The notes under the pieces: generated by a model
Told to the model about the DNA's origin: nothing
Database searches by the model: none
The model's input: only the letters and a program-made list of their open reading frames with translations
Program-made: the position numbers and the translations under genes
DNA from: Eubacteriales bacterium
GTDB taxonomy: Bacteria > Bacillota > Clostridia > Oscillospirales > CAG-272
DNA length: 64,000 nt
Direction: 5' to 3'
Assembly: GCA_045123975.1 (NCBI GenBank)
Contig: JBGVKV010000063.1
Coordinates: 15,070-79,069 of the forward strand
Shown here: in pieces, positions 8,092-18,651 of the stretch
Layout: each line of letters opens with the position of its first letter
Numbering within the stretch: position 1 is the first letter of the stretch

Positions 8092-9491
8092 GAGAATATG
8101 CAAGAAAGCTCCGCGCGGGGGAGATCACGTCCCGCGCTCTGACGGAGGCGGCCCTTGCCCGCATTGCGGAAACAGAGCCGTCTTTTCGTGCGTTTATTAC
8201 CGTTTGCGCCGACACGGCGCTGGCCGCCGCCGATGCGGCAGACCGACGGATCGCCGCAGGGGATGCGCCCCTTTTGTGCGGTATCCCGATGGCCTTGAAG
8301 GACAATATCTGCACTGCCGGGATTCTCACCACCTGCGCATCCCGTATGCTGGATAATTTCGTGCCGCCCTACGATGCGTACGCCTGGGAGCGTCTGCGGG
8401 AAGAGGGAGCAGTGCTGCTCGGCAAGACCAATCTGGACGAGTTCGCCATGGGTTCCGGTAACGAGACCTCTGCTTTCGGCGTTTGTCGAAATCCGGCGAA
8501 TCCGGATTACGTGGCGGGCGGAAGCTCCGGCGGCAGTGCCGCCGCCGTGGCCGCCGGGGAAGCGGTCTATGCCCTTGGCTCTGACACGGGCGGAAGCGTC
8601 CGTGTTCCCGCATCCTACTGCGGTGTGGTGGGTGTAAAGCCTACCTACGGCCGGATCTCCCGCCGGGGAATGATCGCCATGGCATCCTCTCTGGACCAGG
8701 CGGGTATAATGACGAAAACGGTGACGGACAGCGCCCTGGTACTGGCCGCCGTCTGCGGACGGGATCCGGGAGATGCTACCAGCGCGGACCGGCCGGTGGA
8801 CTTTTTGGATGTTCTTCCCGACGTGCGGGGAATGCGTGTGGGGATCTGTGATCTTCCTGCCGGCAGCGTGAGTGCGGCGGTACGGGATATGTATACCCGT
8901 ATCGCGCATTTGATGCAGTCCCTGGGGGCGGAGCTTGTGCCCGTTCCCATGCCCTCCGCCGATGAGGCATACGCTACCTATTATCTCATTTCCGCCTGCG
9001 AGGCATCCTCCAATTTGGCCCGCTACGACGGTATCCGTTACGGACGTGCCGGGGAGGGCGGCACCCTGGATGAGATGTTCGCCTCCGCCCGCTCCCATTT
9101 CGGGGATGAGGTGAAGCGGCGTTTGTTGGCGGGAACCTATGCTCTGGCCGCGCAAGGGCGGGCGGAAACCTACGACCGGGCTCGCTTGATGCGGACAAGG
9201 ATCCGCACTCACATGAAGGAGCAGTTCCGGGTGGTGGACGTGATCCTGACGCCTACGGCGGCGGATACGGCCTATCCTGTGGGCGGCCACGCCGGCGATG
9301 CCGTTGCGTACCGTACCTGCGATATGTTTACCACCGTGCCTTCCCTGGCGGGCTTGCCTGCCATCTCCGTTCCCGCCGGGCGGGATCGGGGATTGCCTTT
9401 GGGCATACAGATCGTGGCGCCCCATTTCCGCGAGGATATCCTGTACCGGGTAGCGCTGGCTATGGAGGAGGCTGTGGGCTATGAAATATGA
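8085..9491 (+). CDS. gatA: Asp-tRNA(Asn)/Glu-tRNA(Gln) amidotransferase subunit A
   Basis: Contains the amidase signature GGSSGGSAAAVAAG. Length is 468 aa. It overlaps both gatC and gatB. Confidence 0.92.
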   Translation: MLREYARKLRAGEITSRALTEAALARIAETEPSFRAFITVCADTALAAADAADRRIAAGDAPLLCGIPMALKDNICTAGILTTCASRMLDNFVPPYDAYAWERLREEGAVLLGKTNLDEFAMGSGNETSAFGVCRNPANPDYVAGGSSGGSAAAVAAGEAVYALGSDTGGSVRVPASYCGVVGVKPTYGRISRRGMIAMASSLDQAGIMTKTVTDSALVLAAVCGRDPGDATSADRPVDFLDVLPDVRGMRVGICDLPAGSVSAAVRDMYTRIAHLMQSLGAELVPVPMPSADEAYATYYLISACEASSNLARYDGIRYGRAGEGGTLDEMFASARSHFGDEVKRRLLAGTYALAAQGRAETYDRARLMRTRIRTHMKEQFRVVDVILTPTAADTAYPVGGHAGDAVAYRTCDMFTTVPSLAGLPAISVPAGRDRGLPLGIQIVAPHFREDILYRVALAMEEAVGYEI

Positions 9492-10887
9492 AATGATCGT
9501 GGGCCTGGAGGTCCACGTGGAACTGAAAACGCGCACCAAGATCTTCTGTTCCTGCCGAACCGATTACGGTGCGGCACCCAATACGCAGGTGTGCCCCATC
9601 TGTCTCGGTATGCCGGGCACCTTGCCGGTGTTGAACCGCCGCGCGGTGGAATTGGGCGTGATCGCCGGCACGGTCACCCATTGCGATATTGCCATGGTGT
9701 CCCGATTTGACAGAAAAAATTACTTCTATCCCGATCTGCCCAAGGGGTATCAGATCACCCAGCACGATGAGCCCTTGTGCCGAAACGGATACGTGAAGAT
9801 ACAAACGGAGGCGGGAGTGAAGAAAATCGGCATCCACCAGATCCATCTGGAGGAGGACGCCGGCAAATCCCTTCACGGAGAAGACGGCACCCGCATCGAT
9901 TACAACCGGGCGGGGGTGCCGCTGATCGAGATCGTGTCGGAGCCGGATATCCGTTCCCCCGAGGAGGCGAAGGCCTATCTGACGGCGCTGCGGGAACGGC
10001 TTGTGTACGCGGACGTGTCCGATTGCAAAATGAACGAAGGATCCATGCGGTGTGACGTGAATCTGTCCGTGCGCCCGGTGGGCGCAGAGGCGTTCGGTAC
10101 CCGCACCGAGATCAAGAATATCAATTCCATTGCCTTTGTGGGGCGCGCCATCGCTTACGAATTTGCCCGTCAGGTGCAGATTCTGGAGGCGGGCGGTCAG
10201 GTGCATCCTCAGACCCGTCGGTACGACGAGGACAACGATTGCACCGTTTTGATGCGGGAAAAGGAAAGCGAAGCGGATTATCGCTATTTCCCCGAGCCGG
10301 ATCTGCCGCCCCTTGCCCTCAGCCGGGCGGACGTTGCCCGCGCGGCGGAGAATTTGCCTTTGATGCCCGACAAGCGTCGGGTGGCATACCGGGGCCTTGG
10401 CCTCAGCGAGGATTACGCCCGTATTCTGACGGAAACGAGAGAGCGCTCCGATTATTTCGAGGCGGCTCTGTCCCATACCCATCACCCGCGGGTGGCCGCC
10501 AATCTGCTGATCGGCGAGATTCTGCCCCGCACCGGGGTTGCCCCCATTCTTCTGCCGCCAAAGTCCTTGGGTGAGATCGCCGATATGGCGGGAGAAAAGC
10601 AGATCAGCACCGCCTCGGCCCGTCGGCTGATTCCTCTTTGTGAGGACGGCGGGTCCGTTGCCGATACGGCGCGGGCGGAGAATATGATGCTGATCACCGA
10701 TGCGGCGGAAATCGAAGCGATGGTGGAGCAGGCGCTATCTGAGAATCCCGACGTGGCAGAGCAGCTGGCGGAAGGCAATACGAAGGTGCTTTCCATGCTG
10801 ATGGGCGCCGTGATGCGGATCAGCTGCGGCCGTGCGGAGCCCCGTCTTACTCAGACACTTATCGACCGTCTGGCGGAAAAATACTGA
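9481..10887 (+). CDS. gatB: Asp-tRNA(Asn)/Glu-tRNA(Gln) amidotransferase subunit B
   Basis: MKYEMIVGLEVHVELKTRTKIFCSC is the characteristic GatB N-terminus. Length is 468 aa. Confidence 0.92.
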   Translation: MKYEMIVGLEVHVELKTRTKIFCSCRTDYGAAPNTQVCPICLGMPGTLPVLNRRAVELGVIAGTVTHCDIAMVSRFDRKNYFYPDLPKGYQITQHDEPLCRNGYVKIQTEAGVKKIGIHQIHLEEDAGKSLHGEDGTRIDYNRAGVPLIEIVSEPDIRSPEEAKAYLTALRERLVYADVSDCKMNEGSMRCDVNLSVRPVGAEAFGTRTEIKNINSIAFVGRAIAYEFARQVQILEAGGQVHPQTRRYDEDNDCTVLMREKESEADYRYFPEPDLPPLALSRADVARAAENLPLMPDKRRVAYRGLGLSEDYARILTETRERSDYFEAALSHTHHPRVAANLLIGEILPRTGVAPILLPPKSLGEIADMAGEKQISTASARRLIPLCEDGGSVADTARAENMMLITDAAEIEAMVEQALSENPDVAEQLAEGNTKVLSMLMGAVMRISCGRAEPRLTQTLIDRLAEKY

Positions 10888-10894
10888 ATCCGCC

Positions 10895-10923
10895 TTGCAT
10901 ACGTCGGCAAAATGTGGTATAAT
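10895..10923 (+). promoter_or_regulatory. sigma-A type promoter (TTGCAT-17-TATAAT, TGTGg extended -10)
   Basis: ttgcat at 10895-10900 and tataat at 10918-10923. Confidence 0.6.
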
Positions 10924-10986
10924 TTTTGATGTATTTTTATTTCTCCCATTTTCCCTCGGCGATGGGCGCCGGAAAGGACAGTAACT

Positions 10987-12213
10987 ATGAAGGAAATTGC
11001 AGTAATCGGCTTCGGCGTGGTAGGCGGCGGTGTCGTTTCTTTGATCGATGAGTGCGCACCCCACATAAGCAAAGCGGTGGGTGAGGACGTTCACGTAAAA
11101 TATATTCTGGATCTGCGGGATTTTCCCGATTCTCCCTACGGTGACCGGGTAATCCACGATGCGGAGGTAATCTTTGCCGATCCGGATGTTTCCCTCGTTG
11201 TGGAGACTATGGGCGGCGTTCATCCGGCTCTGGAATTTTCTTCCCGTGCGCTGGCCTGCGGTAAGCACGTAGTCACCTCCAATAAGGAATTGGTGGCCAA
11301 GCACGGTGCCGAGCTGATGGCTCTTGCCAAGGAAAACGGCGCGGCCTATCTGTATGAGGCCAGCGTGGGCGGCGGTGTTCCTCTGATCCGCTCCATGCGT
11401 ACCAGCCTGGCCGGCGACCGCATCGATTCTGTTAACGGTATTCTGAACGGTACCACCAACTACATCCTGACCCGTATGCGGGACGGCGGCATCTCCTTTG
11501 AGGAGGCTCTCTGTGAAGCCCAGCAGCTGGGTTATGCGGAAAAGGATCCCTCGGCGGATATCCACGGCTTTGATGCACAGCGAAAGATCATGATCCTGTG
11601 CGCCGTGGCCACAGGCTATATCGTGGATGAAAGCAAGGTATATACGGAAACCATGTCCAAGGTGACGGTGGAGGATATCGAGGCGGCACGCCGCCTGGGC
11701 GGTGCTGTCCGCCTGATCGGTTCCTTCCGTCGGGAAGAGGGCGGTGTGGCCATCTCGGTCTGCCCCCGTATCGTTCCCGGCGAGAATCCTCTTTCGAATA
11801 TCAACGACGTCTACAACGGAATGTCCGTTACCAGCCGTCTTACCGGCGACGTGATGTACTACGGCCGCGGTGCCGGCCGGTATCCTACGGCAGGTGCCGT
11901 GATCTCTGACGTGATCGCCGCGCTGAGCGGCGCCTACACGAAGGAATCCCATCCCACCTGGGAGGAAGCGCCGGCGGGCTTCGTGTGCGATTTTGCGGAT
12001 AGCCACAGCCGTGTGTACGTTCGTGTGTCCGGTGCCGCCCGCGGAGAGGTTCTGGACAGCGCAGGCTTGCTTCTCGGCGACGTGGAGATTCCCGACGGCA
12101 TGCCGGAGGGTAAGACGGAGTTCGTGACCGGCCTGCTTTCCGAAAAGCAGATCGCCGAAGCCATCGGCAGTTTGCCGGGCAAGGTGGAATCCGTTCTTCG
12201 TTTCCTGATCTGA
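10987..12213 (+). CDS. hom: homoserine dehydrogenase
   Basis: The N-terminal Rossmann motif is VIGFGVVGGGV. The catalytic region contains GILNGTTNYILTRM. The C-terminal region is ACT-like. Confidence 0.88.
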   Translation: MKEIAVIGFGVVGGGVVSLIDECAPHISKAVGEDVHVKYILDLRDFPDSPYGDRVIHDAEVIFADPDVSLVVETMGGVHPALEFSSRALACGKHVVTSNKELVAKHGAELMALAKENGAAYLYEASVGGGVPLIRSMRTSLAGDRIDSVNGILNGTTNYILTRMRDGGISFEEALCEAQQLGYAEKDPSADIHGFDAQRKIMILCAVATGYIVDESKVYTETMSKVTVEDIEAARRLGGAVRLIGSFRREEGGVAISVCPRIVPGENPLSNINDVYNGMSVTSRLTGDVMYYGRGAGRYPTAGAVISDVIAALSGAYTKESHPTWEEAPAGFVCDFADSHSRVYVRVSGAARGEVLDSAGLLLGDVEIPDGMPEGKTEFVTGLLSEKQIAEAIGSLPGKVESVLRFLI

Positions 12214-12267
12214 CGGATACTGTCAAATGACGTCCTTTTGCGTATGATAGTAGCGGAGGGATGCGGA

Positions 12268-12678
12268 ATGACAAAAATCGTATATCCCCATCGGCTGCGG
12301 GCGATCCGTGTCCGTGAGGATATGGTTCTGATTACAGCAAAAAAAGCCCCTGTCGGGGCGTGGGAAGATATTTTACTCTGTGGGGACAAAGGGCTTCTTT
12401 TGGGCAGTCCGCAAAACGGATGGCTCCGCCTGGCCGTTCCCGCACCACCGGCGAAGGAAATCTTTCCCGGTGAAACGGCAGTGATCACTCCCGTGCGGGT
12501 GATCGACGTCTACGGCATGGAGATGCGGGGCATGTGTATCCCCCTTCTTCAGACACTGGAGGATATGAAGCAAAGAGTGTTGGGCGTGTCCCTCAGCACC
12601 CAGCGCCTGAGCGCGGCGGTGCAGGGAGAGTATCCCGACCTGTCCGTCCTGTGCAGCCGATTTCCTATGGAAATATGA
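12268..12678 (+). CDS. hypothetical protein
   Basis: 136-aa ORF from the ATG with RBS ggaggg 7 nt upstream. I recognise no motif. Confidence 0.45.
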   Translation: MTKIVYPHRLRAIRVREDMVLITAKKAPVGAWEDILLCGDKGLLLGSPQNGWLRLAVPAPPAKEIFPGETAVITPVRVIDVYGMEMRGMCIPLLQTLEDMKQRVLGVSLSTQRLSAAVQGEYPDLSVLCSRFPMEI

Positions 12679-12703
12679 AGGGACTGCCCGGGGCAGTCCC
12701 TTT
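12679..12703. terminator. bidirectional terminator hairpin
   Basis: gggactgcc-cgg-ggcagtccc-tttg, located between convergent genes. Confidence 0.65.
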
Positions 12704-12712
12704 GTGTGATAT

Positions 12713-13558
12713 TCAGTCTGTGCATCCCGACAGTGCGGCGCCGATCACCGTGCCGAACTGGGAACGCTTCGGAATGATAAAGCTCATATCGAACATCTTA
12801 TTCAAGGTGCCGAATACCTCCGGCGCCCGCTCCACGGTAGTCAGATTACCTGTGAGGACCACGTCCCGCAAATCGTGATTCCGCGCGGCGAATACGGAGA
12901 CCATACCGATGGTCTCAAAGACCAGGTTGATTACGCCGAGAGCGATGTCCGCCTTGGTGGCAATGTCGCTGACGTTGCCGAAGTTGGAGGCGGTCATGGT
13001 GTCGGAGAAGCCGGGAACGATGTCCGCTTTGGTCAGATCGTTGATCTTCAGATCAATGTGGGACAAGTCTCCGTCCTTGGCCAGATTCTCAATGTGCTCG
13101 ATGTTGTCCATGCCCAGCATCTTTTTGGACAAGCCGAGAAGCGTGCCGCCGCCTACGCCGGTGCCGCCCAGATATTCGGGCTCATGTCCGCGGCGGGCGT
13201 GTACCAGAGCGGTGCCCGTACCCAGGCTGGCCACGATAGCACGGTCCAAGCCGGACAGATAGAGGCCGCCCAGGCCGATGCAGCGGAACTCCTCCGTTAC
13301 TTCGCAGGGCAGGGAATAGATAGGCTTTGTTACGTAGGACGAGCCTACGCCGGTGATCATCACCTTTTCAATGTCGGACAGCGCCAGATTGTTCTGATCG
13401 GTGAATTTACCGAAGGCGCCGTATATGGATGTAATGGGATCGGTGGCGCGGACAAAAAGGGGCTCGATCAGCTTTCTTTTGCCGTCCGTCAGATCGAATC
13501 CGCCGATTTTCGTGGTGCTTCCGCCCACGTCAATACCGAAAATAACACGGGAACTCAT
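12713..13558 (-). CDS. coaW: type II pantothenate kinase-like (ASKHA/BadF-BcrA superfamily ATPase)
   Basis: The N-terminal phosphate-1 motif is FGIDVGGSTTKIGGF. Length is about 281 aa from the ATG at 13558, which has RBS gggagga. The family call is from memory of CoaW. Confidence 0.55.
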   Translation of the reverse strand: MSSRVIFGIDVGGSTTKIGGFDLTDGKRKLIEPLFVRATDPITSIYGAFGKFTDQNNLALSDIEKVMITGVGSSYVTKPIYSLPCEVTEEFRCIGLGGLYLSGLDRAIVASLGTGTALVHARRGHEPEYLGGTGVGGGTLLGLSKKMLGMDNIEHIENLAKDGDLSHIDLKINDLTKADIVPGFSDTMTASNFGNVSDIATKADIALGVINLVFETIGMVSVFAARNHDLRDVVLTGNLTTVERAPEVFGTLNKMFDMSFIIPKRSQFGTVIGAALSGCTD

Positions 13559-13655
13559 AGTATCCTCCCATAGCTTTACATGTTTCCCGTTTATTGTATC
13601 ATATTTTTCATTCAATTACAATAGTATTAAAAAATACGTATTTTGTGAGGTTATT

Positions 13656-14492
13656 ATGGAGAATCAAATGAAGGACACTCTGCTGTCCAAAAAGCTGTTC
13701 GTTTTCGATATGGACGGAACGATCTATCTGGGCGGCATTCCCTTTGACTTTGCGATTCGCTGTATCCGCCATCTGCGGGAAAGCGGCCGCCGCGTTTTGT
13801 TCTTCACCAACAACGCGTCCCATTCCCAGGAATTCTATTACGCTAAGCTGGCCCGTCTGGGCTTCGATCCCCAGCCCGGGGAGATCATGTCTTCCGGCGA
13901 CGTGACGGCGGCATTTTTGACCCGCAACCGCCCCGGCAAGAAGGTATACCTTGTGGGTACGCCCGAATTGTGGGACGAGTTTCAGCGTGCCGGCGTTCCT
14001 ATGATCTGCGACCGGGACGGAATCCTCACCGATCCCGACGCTAAGCCTGACATCGTGGTTACCAGCTTCGATACCACTCTCACCTACGAGAAACTGACCA
14101 ATGCCTGCACCTTCATCCGTGAGGGCGCAGAGTATCTCTCCACCCACCCGGACTACAATTGCCCCACCGAGACCGGCTTCATTCCCGACAGCGGTGCTAT
14201 CGCCGCGGCGGTTACCGCTTCCACCGGTGTAACGCCCACCTATTTCGGCAAGCCTTATAAGGAAACGGTGGAAATGATCTCCGAGATCACCGGCGTGGCA
14301 AGAGAGGATATGTGCATCTTCGGCGACCGTCTGTACACGGATATTGCCACCGGCAAAAAGCACGGCATCACGGCGGTGCTGGTGCTGTCCGGTGAAACCA
14401 AGCAGGCCGACGTGGATGCGGCACAGCCTGAGGAGCGGCCCGATATGATCTTCGACGACTTGGGCGACGTGGATGCCCTGATGTTCGGCTGA
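13656..14492 (+). CDS. HAD-IIA family hydrolase (NagD-like sugar/nucleotide phosphatase)
   Basis: Motif I is FVFDMDGTIY, motif II is FFTNN, and the late motif is GDRLYTDI. Confidence 0.8.
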   Translation: MENQMKDTLLSKKLFVFDMDGTIYLGGIPFDFAIRCIRHLRESGRRVLFFTNNASHSQEFYYAKLARLGFDPQPGEIMSSGDVTAAFLTRNRPGKKVYLVGTPELWDEFQRAGVPMICDRDGILTDPDAKPDIVVTSFDTTLTYEKLTNACTFIREGAEYLSTHPDYNCPTETGFIPDSGAIAAAVTASTGVTPTYFGKPYKETVEMISEITGVAREDMCIFGDRLYTDIATGKKHGITAVLVLSGETKQADVDAAQPEERPDMIFDDLGDVDALMFG

Positions 14493-14493
14493 A

Positions 14494-15678
14494 TCAGGTA
14501 AGAATATCCTCCGGGGTGATCCCGCAGGGAATGGCCGACACCACGTCCGCGATGGCGGCCGCGGCCCATACTGCCGTGCGCTTGGCCTCCGTCAGAGAAT
14601 TGCCGCAGGAGCCGATCTCCAGAAGCAGGGATCCGCTGACGTACTGCTGGTTGAAGCCTGCTCCTCTGAGATTGACGGCGCGGCACAGACTGTCGGAAAC
14701 CCCCGTCAATTCCTTTTGAATTTTCAAGGCGAAATTCAGATTATCACGCCAGTCGGGATGATTGGCGCCTTTGAAATCCGTTCCCGCGACGATCATGAAT
14801 TGGGCGGTATCTGCTCCGTTCACCTTCGTTACGGGGCGGATTTTCGTTTTGTCCGAACGAATGATGGAATCCCGATGCACGTCCAAAACGATACGGATGG
14901 AGGGATGCTCCGTCAGGTATTTCCGTACCGCTGCTGCTGAGCGGACGTAGGCATCGGAATAAGATTCTCTATCAAACATTTCTGTGCAGTGTAAAGTGGG
15001 AATGCCCGCGGCGGCGAAGGTGTCCGCCATCACTGCCCCTACCGCTACCACGTTGCCGCCAATATCCGTTGTGCGAAAGGATTCCGCCGATGAATAATGG
15101 GCTTGTCCCTCTTCCGCATACGCTTCCGTGCCGTGGGTGTGTATGATCAGTATGTAGGGTTCCTCCGTCCCCCCGTATATCCTTTGCCATTCGGCAAAAT
15201 CTTCAAAGGGTAAGGGGGCGGCTATCAGGGCCGCCCCGTCGGGAAAATAGGACGTTTCATTGGAGAAGGTGAAAAGATCCTCACAACTCAGATCCATCGC
15301 GGTTATGGGATAGCTGCCTGCCGTGTCCTCCGAGGGCGGGGAATCCCAGGAAACGGGCGGGGGCGTGGGTGCGGCAATTTCCTCCTCCGCGGGAAAGGGA
15401 AAGCGTTCATCGGAGAGGGTGCGCGGCGTGTCCCACACAAAATATGCCTGTCCCAGCATGGCCCGATTGGCCATAGAGAGTATCTGCTCCCGCCAGGAAA
15501 ACCGACTGCACCACTCCAGGGCGGTGAGAAAGATTACCGTAACGGACACGATGCATGCTATAGCACAGAGAAAGGTGAAGAAGCCCCGAAAGCCCCGTCG
15601 CTTCTTCGCAGTCGAGGCAGGCGGTGCCGCGGGAGGCACGTATACCACCGGGAGGAGATCGTTTTTGAATTCGGTCAT
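14494..15678 (-). CDS. spoIIP: stage II sporulation protein P
   Basis: An N-terminal TM anchor is followed by the ILIIHTHGTEAY motif and an amidase-like C-terminal domain. It lies adjacent to gpr, as in Bacillus. Confidence 0.85.
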   Translation of the reverse strand: MTEFKNDLLPVVYVPPAAPPASTAKKRRGFRGFFTFLCAIACIVSVTVIFLTALEWCSRFSWREQILSMANRAMLGQAYFVWDTPRTLSDERFPFPAEEEIAAPTPPPVSWDSPPSEDTAGSYPITAMDLSCEDLFTFSNETSYFPDGAALIAAPLPFEDFAEWQRIYGGTEEPYILIIHTHGTEAYAEEGQAHYSSAESFRTTDIGGNVVAVGAVMADTFAAAGIPTLHCTEMFDRESYSDAYVRSAAAVRKYLTEHPSIRIVLDVHRDSIIRSDKTKIRPVTKVNGADTAQFMIVAGTDFKGANHPDWRDNLNFALKIQKELTGVSDSLCRAVNLRGAGFNQQYVSGSLLLEIGSCGNSLTEAKRTAVWAAAAIADVVSAIPCGITPEDILT

Positions 15679-15743
15679 GGATGAACTCCTTTTGTATTCC
15701 TTTTTACATTGCCATATATATGCTTTTTGACAGCGGGATATGC

Positions 15744-16631
15744 TTACAGCAGGATGGGCGTCAGTGCCCGGTTGATAGCTCCGCTGAGCAGCTCAGCCAC
15801 TGAGGCGGCGATCACGTCGCTTTCCTTGGGAGATACGATGAAGCTGCGGCCGTTGTCCAGCACCTGCCGCAATTCCTCGGAGGCATCCTCAATCCCGGCC
15901 TGCTGCAGTGCATCCCATACAAGAGTGGCGGAATCCACTACGGTGGGCACGCCCAAAGCGATGACAGGGATGCCCATTTCCCCCTTGGTGATGGGAGTGC
16001 GGCAGTTGCCGATGCCCGATCCCGGGCGAATGCCCGTGTCGGATATCTGAACGGTGGTCCCCAGCCGGGCGGTGGACCGTGCCGCCAGAGCGTCTACAGC
16101 CACGATGGCGTCCGCCCCGGCGGACCGTGCGGCTTCCGCAATCAGTGCGGCGGCCTCAAAGCCGGTTTGTCCCAACACTCCCGGCGAAAAGGCGGAAACC
16201 CGCACGCAGTCCAAAAGGGAAAAGAGATACTTCTCTTTCCTTGCGTGGTTGGTGACCGTTACCAGATCCGCCGTGCGGGGGCCGATGGAATCGGGGGTGA
16301 TAAACCGATTTCCCAGTCCGGCCACCAGAATGCCCGTTTCCTTACCCGGTGCCCGTCCCAGTGTGTCTGTCAGAAACTGGCGGAGCAGTTCTGCCGCCGC
16401 CCTTTGGACCCGCTGGGATTCCTTTCCGTCAAACAGCCAGATCTTGCCGCAGTGCAGCGTGGCGTACCGCCCCGGCGCGCGGCCGCTGATTTCTTCTTCC
16501 GCCCCCGGGCGGATTTCCATCTCCTCAACGGTGACACCATGAAGGGTGCGGGAGCGGACAGGGATGGCGCCGGCCCCGGGGGGCGGTGTGGATTCACAGG
16601 CCAGATCGGTGCGGCGAAGGAATGGATTCAT
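15744..16631 (-). CDS. gpr: GPR endopeptidase (spore germination protease)
   Basis: Internal ATG at 16631 gives MNPFLRRTDLACES...VAGLGNRFITPDSIGP...ALGVPTVV, the hallmark of peptidase A25. The upstream 123 codons of the ORF are intergenic read-through. Confidence 0.88.
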   Translation of the reverse strand: MNPFLRRTDLACESTPPPGAGAIPVRSRTLHGVTVEEMEIRPGAEEEISGRAPGRYATLHCGKIWLFDGKESQRVQRAAAELLRQFLTDTLGRAPGKETGILVAGLGNRFITPDSIGPRTADLVTVTNHARKEKYLFSLLDCVRVSAFSPGVLGQTGFEAAALIAEAARSAGADAIVAVDALAARSTARLGTTVQISDTGIRPGSGIGNCRTPITKGEMGIPVIALGVPTVVDSATLVWDALQQAGIEDASEELRQVLDNGRSFIVSPKESDVIAASVAELLSGAINRALTPILL

Positions 16632-16794
16632 AGAGGATTCCTCTGCTTTCGTATAAAAATAGGTATAGCGTGAAACGGTATTTCCCACCCGGAGCCGGGG
16701 AAGGCGTTTACACGGTGTACTGTCTAAAATGCCCAAAATCCGCAAAAATAATTGTGCATCTGTCCAAAAGTCATTTGGGGGATGCAATAGGTCA

Positions 16795-16823
16795 TTGATT
16801 CCCGTGTGTAAAAGTGGTATAAT
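16795..16823 (+). promoter_or_regulatory. sigma-A type promoter (TTGATT-17-TATAAT, extended -10)
   Basis: ttgatt at 16795-16800 and gtggtataat at 16814-16823. Confidence 0.55.
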
Positions 16824-16899
16824 AAAATGAATTATGGGCGCGTGTTTCCATTTGGCTGTGCCCGTGTGCAAACTACACGAGGAGGATGTTTCTACTATT

Positions 16900-18630
16900 A
16901 TGAAAAGAATGATATCTCTGATGCTCTGCGCCGTAATGCTTTTGGGCGTGCTTTCCGCGTGCACCACGCTGGAAAAGGGCGATAAGGGCATGGTGATCAA
17001 TGTGTATATTGCTACCGAGCTGTTCGACTTTGACCCGGCCCGTCATTTTAACGATGACGCGATGGTTAAGATCTATGACCTGATTTATGAGGGCCTGACC
17101 GATCTGGACGAGAATGGCAAATGGAAAAAGGCTCTGATGAAGGAATATGAGATCATCGGCAACGCCGAGGACGGATATTCCATGCTCATCACCTTGAACA
17201 ATACCCGCTGGAGTGACGGCCGTACCGTACAGGCTGCCGACTTCGTATATGCCTGGAAGCGCATTCTCTCCGTGGACTATCACAGCGAGGCAGCTACCCT
17301 TCTGTATGACGTGAAGAACGCGTACGAGGTTAAGCAGGGCGACGTTTCCATCGACGACGTGGGCATTGCAGCCGTTGATACGTACGTAATTCAGGTGGAT
17401 TTCGTTTCCGAAATCAACGTGGATAACTTCTTCCAGAAGCTGGCCAGCCCCGCACTGGTTCCCCTTCGTGAGGACATCGTGGACCGCGATACCTACTGGG
17501 CAACCCAGACCGCGACCATCGCGACCAACGGTCCCTTCGCCATCAAGGAGATCAACAAGGGCGGCGTGCTTCGTCTGGAGCGTTCCGTACAGTACTACCT
17601 GAATCCCGAAGCAGAGAATCAGGCGCTGGATACTTACGTTATCCCCTATAAGATGCTGAACGATTATTCCGTTACCGACGTAATCGCCGAGTTTGAGGCA
17701 GGCAAGCTGTTCTACGTGGCAGAGATTCCGCTGGCTTCCCGCGCAGAGTACAAAAAGGAAGCGAAAGTTACCGATCTGCTGGCAACGCATACCTACTGCT
17801 TCAACACCAACAACGAACTGTTCAAGGATGCCCGTGTGCGCCGTGCTCTTTCCATGGCTCTGGACAGAAACGAGATCGTAAACATCGTTACCTTCGCTAA
17901 GCCCGCAACCGGTCTTATCCCCGAGAAGGTATTCAATACTACCGCCAAGACCAGCTTCCGCAAGGAAGGTGAGAATCTGATCGCATCCACCGCCGATGTG
18001 GCCGGTGCAAAGGCACTGCTGCAGCAGGCAGGCGTAACGAGCGGCTCCTTCAGCATCGCTATCCGCCAGAATGAGGTGGACCGTGCCGTTGCCGATTACG
18101 TTAAGGGCGTTTGGGAATCCCTGGGCTTCAAGGTGACCGTTGAGGAAATCAAGCCCAAGAAGCTGATCGACTACGATCGCGCATACGCGGATACCTTCGC
18201 CGTTAAATACGAAACGGGCAACTTCGATGTAATTGCCATCGATGCCCAGATGCTTTCTACCGATCCCTTCACCGCACTGGCTCCCTTTGCGGCCGCATTC
18301 TCCGGCAACGGTGTGGATATGAATTCCGCTAACTACGATCTGTATCCTCACGTTACCGGCTACAACAGCGAGGCTTACAACAGCCTGATCGCCTCTGCTT
18401 ACGCAGAGAAGGATGCCTCTGCCAGAGCCGCCATTCTCCACGAGGCTGAGAAGCTTCTGATGGAGGATATGCCCATCGCTCCCTTGTTCTTCATGCAGGA
18501 TGCATACCTGATCCACGACGATCTGTCCGGCTATAAGTCCTCTTACTTCGGCAGCCGTGACTTCAAGGGTATGAAGCTGAAGAACTATATGGATTACCTG
18601 CCTAAGGAAACCGCGGCACCTCAGGAATAA
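16900..18630 (+). CDS. ABC transporter substrate-binding lipoprotein, family 5 (peptide/nickel type)
   Basis: The lipoprotein signal is MKRMISLMLCAVMLLGVLSAC. The body is SBP_bac_5-like (YDLIYEGLTDLDENGKW...). The RBS gaggagga lies upstream of the ATG at 16900. Confidence 0.8.
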   Translation: MKRMISLMLCAVMLLGVLSACTTLEKGDKGMVINVYIATELFDFDPARHFNDDAMVKIYDLIYEGLTDLDENGKWKKALMKEYEIIGNAEDGYSMLITLNNTRWSDGRTVQAADFVYAWKRILSVDYHSEAATLLYDVKNAYEVKQGDVSIDDVGIAAVDTYVIQVDFVSEINVDNFFQKLASPALVPLREDIVDRDTYWATQTATIATNGPFAIKEINKGGVLRLERSVQYYLNPEAENQALDTYVIPYKMLNDYSVTDVIAEFEAGKLFYVAEIPLASRAEYKKEAKVTDLLATHTYCFNTNNELFKDARVRRALSMALDRNEIVNIVTFAKPATGLIPEKVFNTTAKTSFRKEGENLIASTADVAGAKALLQQAGVTSGSFSIAIRQNEVDRAVADYVKGVWESLGFKVTVEEIKPKKLIDYDRAYADTFAVKYETGNFDVIAIDAQMLSTDPFTALAPFAAAFSGNGVDMNSANYDLYPHVTGYNSEAYNSLIASAYAEKDASARAAILHEAEKLLMEDMPIAPLFFMQDAYLIHDDLSGYKSSYFGSRDFKGMKLKNYMDYLPKETAAPQE

Positions 18631-18651
18631 TTCCGTTTCTTGATTGTATTT

